Origin: Macrostomum lignano
Lineage: Eukaryota
Direction of reading: 5' to 3'
NCBI GenBank assembly: GCA_002269645.1
Contig: NIVC01001062.1
Location: 248,001 to 312,000 of the forward strand
DNA: 64,000 nt
Shown here: positions 61,101 through 64,000 of the stretch, piece by piece
How the letters are laid out: each line of letters opens with the position of its first letter
How positions within the stretch are numbered: position 1 is the first letter of the stretch
The notes under the pieces: generated by a model
What the model saw: the letters and a program-made list of their open reading frames with translations, nothing else
What the model was told of the DNA's origin: nothing
Databases searched by the model: none
Translations under genes and position numbers: made by a program

Positions 61101-63405
61101 CACACACAATTGCATGGTATCTCACATACAATTGCATGGTATCTCACATACAATTGCATGGTATCTCACACACAATTGCATGGTATCTCACACACAATTG
61201 CATGGTATCTCACACACAATCTCTTGGTATCTCACACACAATCCCATGGTATCTCACACACAATCCCATGGGACAGGTATCTCACACATAATCTCATTGT
61301 GTCTCACACACAGTCCTATGGTATCTAACAAACAATTGCATGGTATCTCACATACAATTGCATGGTATCTCACACACAATCCTATGGTATCTCACATACA
61401 ATTGCATGGTATCTCACACACAATTGCATGGTATCTCACACACAATATTGCATGGCATCTCACACACAATTGCATGGTATCTCACACACAATTGCATGGT
61501 ATCTCACACACAATTGCATGGTATCTCACACACAATTGCATGGCATCTCACACAATCCTATGGTATCTCACACACAATCTCATGGTATCACACACACAAT
61601 TGCATGGTATCTCACACACAATTGCATGGCATCTCACACACAATCCCATGGTATCTCACACACAATTGCATGGTATCTCACACACAATTGCATGGTATCT
61701 CACACACAATCCCATGGTATCTCACACACAATTGCATGGTATCTCACACACAATTGCATGGCATCTCACACACAATCCCATGGCATCTCACACACAATCT
61801 GATGGTATCTCACACACAATCCCATGGTATCTCACACACAATCCCATGGTATCTCACACACAATTGCATGGTATCTCACACACAATTCCATGGTATCTCA
61901 CACACAATCCCATGGTATCTCACACACAATCCCATGGTATCTCACACACAATCCCATGGTATCTCACACACAATCCCATGGTATCTCACACACAATCCTA
62001 TGGTATCTCACACACAATTGCATGGTATCTCACACACAATCCCATGGTATCTCACACACAATTGCATGGTATCTCACACACAATTGCATGGCATCTCACA
62101 CACAATCCCATGGCATCTCACACACAATCTGATGGTATCTCACACACAATCCCATGGTATCTCACACACAATCCCATGGTATCTCACACACAATTGCATG
62201 GTATCTCACACACAATTGCATGGCATCTCACACACAATCCCATGGCATCTCACACACAATCTGATGGTATCTCACACACAATCCCATGGTATCTCACACA
62301 CAATCCCATGGTATCTCACACACAATTGCATGGTATCTCACACAATTCCATGGTATCTCACACACAATCCCATGGTATCTCACACACAATCCCATGGTAT
62401 CTCACACACAATCCTATGGTATCTCACACACAATCCCATGGTATCTCACACACAATCTCATGGTATCTCACACACAATCCCATGGTATCTCACACACAAT
62501 CCCATGGTATCTCACACACAATCCCATGGTATCTCACACACAATCCCATGGTATCTCACACACAATCCCATGGTATCTCACACACAATCCCATGGTATCT
62601 CACACACAATCCCATGGTATCTCACACACAATCCCATGGTATCTCACACACAATCCCATGGTATCTCACACACCTCTCGATAGAACAGATCGCTAGCAGT
62701 CAGCGCCATGGCTCCAGGTTGAACCCCAACAGACGATGTTGCCAGACGATCGCCAACAACTCGACCGATGAGGGAGTCGAACAGGGAGCCGGTGTTGCCG
62801 CTGCCGCCACCGCCTGTCCGTAGCAGCTGGGCGCATCGGACAGCTCTGGCGGCCAAGGCCATCTCGGCCAAATCGTGCAAATCGGCCAGCCGAAGTCCCG
62901 GCGGTGGACAGGCCAACAGGCCGGACTCGTTTAGAAATCGCAAATATTGATTAATCCATTGTCGCTTATCGTCTAGGACTCGTTCGATAATCACCGAGTT
63001 CGACGCGATTTGGCATAGTCGAAAATCGTCTACAGCTGAGCTGCTATTGTCGGAGTCGGCATCGGGGTCCGCTGGCCAGCGAGGATCGGCTGTTGGTGGC
63101 CGGTTCAATAAGTAGGCACCGAAGCTGAGCAGGGCCGCGGCCAGCTCGTGACGCGACTCTTCCAACTGTGCGTCGGACGAAGCGGCAACAGCCGATGCGA
63201 ATAGCGACGTCAGCGAGTCGACACTTTGCCGATCCTGACGGGCGCCGCCGCTGACGAAATAGGCGCGAAATGCAGCGGCTAAAAGTGCGCGAGGGTTTTT
63301 TGGGTCGGATTGCTGCTGTTGCTGTTGGTGGCGCTTCTGATGAGGCTGCTGCTGCTGCCTCGACGATGATGAGGATGCGGTTGCCGCCGCTGCTGCTGCA
63401 AGACT
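58104..63405 (-). CDS. NUP133: Nucleoporin Nup133, last four exons (5' part outside the window)
   Basis: Exons 63405-62674, 60248-59851, 59588-59041 and 58636-58104 (2211 nt; phases 0/0/2/1 consistent). Motifs LLAAAFRAY, PTADPRW, LFYRE|VSRI, LAERYREFDLL, YLRTGKRGCLL, LAWLQEV, KRSLLSMAKLA and EFKRALDLL match Nup133 as I recall it. Confidence 0.92.
58785..59025. repeat. 31-bp minisatellite (GGCCCAGCAACTGAGGATCTGGGAGGCTGGT) in the last Nup133 intron
   Basis: Direct reading. Confidence 0.9.
59640..59845. repeat. (GACA)n microsatellite in a Nup133 intron
   Basis: Direct reading. Confidence 0.95.
60345..62673. repeat. 22-bp minisatellite (CACACAATCCCATGGTATCTCA / ...AATTGCATGG...) filling a 2.4-kb Nup133 intron
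   Basis: Period 22 (62521 to 62543). The 816-aa and other ORFs are stop-free repeat translations. Confidence 0.97.
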
Positions 63406-63628
63406 CTAAAGATGAAAATATTATAGTCACTTGTTAGTGCGCGGGCACTGTTAGGGGGGTTGTTGGGTGCATCCATCACCCCGTTATAGCTCGAAATATA
63501 TTGGCATGAGCAGTGAGGTGAGCTTCATGCTTTTTGGTTACTCATTTTCAAAACCACGCTCTTACAATATTAAAATATATTCGGAATTCTAAAATAAAAC
63601 ACGCTTTCCATTAGATAAGAATACCTCA

Positions 63629-63790
63629 GCATGATTTTGTCTGTCTGTCTGCCTGCCTGTCTGTCTGTCTGTCTGTCTGCCTGCCTGTCTGTCTGTCTGA
63701 CTGTCTGCCTGTCTGTCTGTCTGTCTGTCTGTCTGCCTGCCTGTCTGTCTGTCTGTTCTGTCTGTCTGCCTGTTTGTCTGTCTGTGTGAC

Positions 63791-63823
<33 letters not shown>

Positions 63824-63850
63824 TTCTGTCTGTCTGTCCGTCTGTCTGTG

Positions 63851-63907
<57 letters not shown>

Positions 63908-64000
63908 GCCTGCCTGCCTGCCTGCCTGTCTGTCTGTTCTGTCTGTCTGCCTGTCTGTCTGTCTGTGTGACTGTCTGTCTGTCTGTCTGTCTGTCTGTCT
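63629..64000. repeat. (TCTG)n microsatellite, probably intronic in Nup133; runs off the window end
   Basis: Direct reading. Confidence 0.95.

Noticed and set aside
60373-62823. 816-aa His/Thr-rich ORF and overlapping ORFs
   Set aside because: Translations of a stop-free 22-bp repeat, antisense within a Nup133 intron.

Overview
Eukaryotic, intron-containing genomic DNA. AT-rich spacers alternate with GC-rich exons, and many introns are filled with micro- or minisatellites. The style suggests an invertebrate, possibly a free-living flatworm such as Macrostomum; this is inference only. All gene models were built by hand from splice sites and intron phase. Left to right: (1) PIERCE1/C9orf116-like ciliary gene (-). 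(2) A five-exon selenoprotein K gene (+) that the ORF track misses, with an in-frame UGA and a canonical type-2 SECIS about 1.36 kb downstream; it carries a MITE in intron 1 and a Tc1-like element in intron 4. (3) Intronless BIR-BIR-UBA-RING IAP (+). (4) Intronless TRIM-NHL-like gene (+). (5) A four-exon gene (-) joining three ankyrin-repeat exons to a C-terminal caspase domain, about 1061 aa; this is the most unusual protein here. (6) A small unknown two-exon gene (+). (7) A divergent TRPV-like channel (-) whose predicted 18.5-kb intron holds an antisense RBR/Ariadne-like E3 ligase gene and an 11.8-kb satellite made of three 22-bp variants. (8) A small secreted prepropeptide (-). (9) A second copy of the Tc1-like element. 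(10) An unknown coiled-coil gene (-). (11) The 3' part of Nup133 (-). No CRISPR array, rRNA or tRNA was seen. Most long low-complexity ORFs in the track are repeat artefacts.
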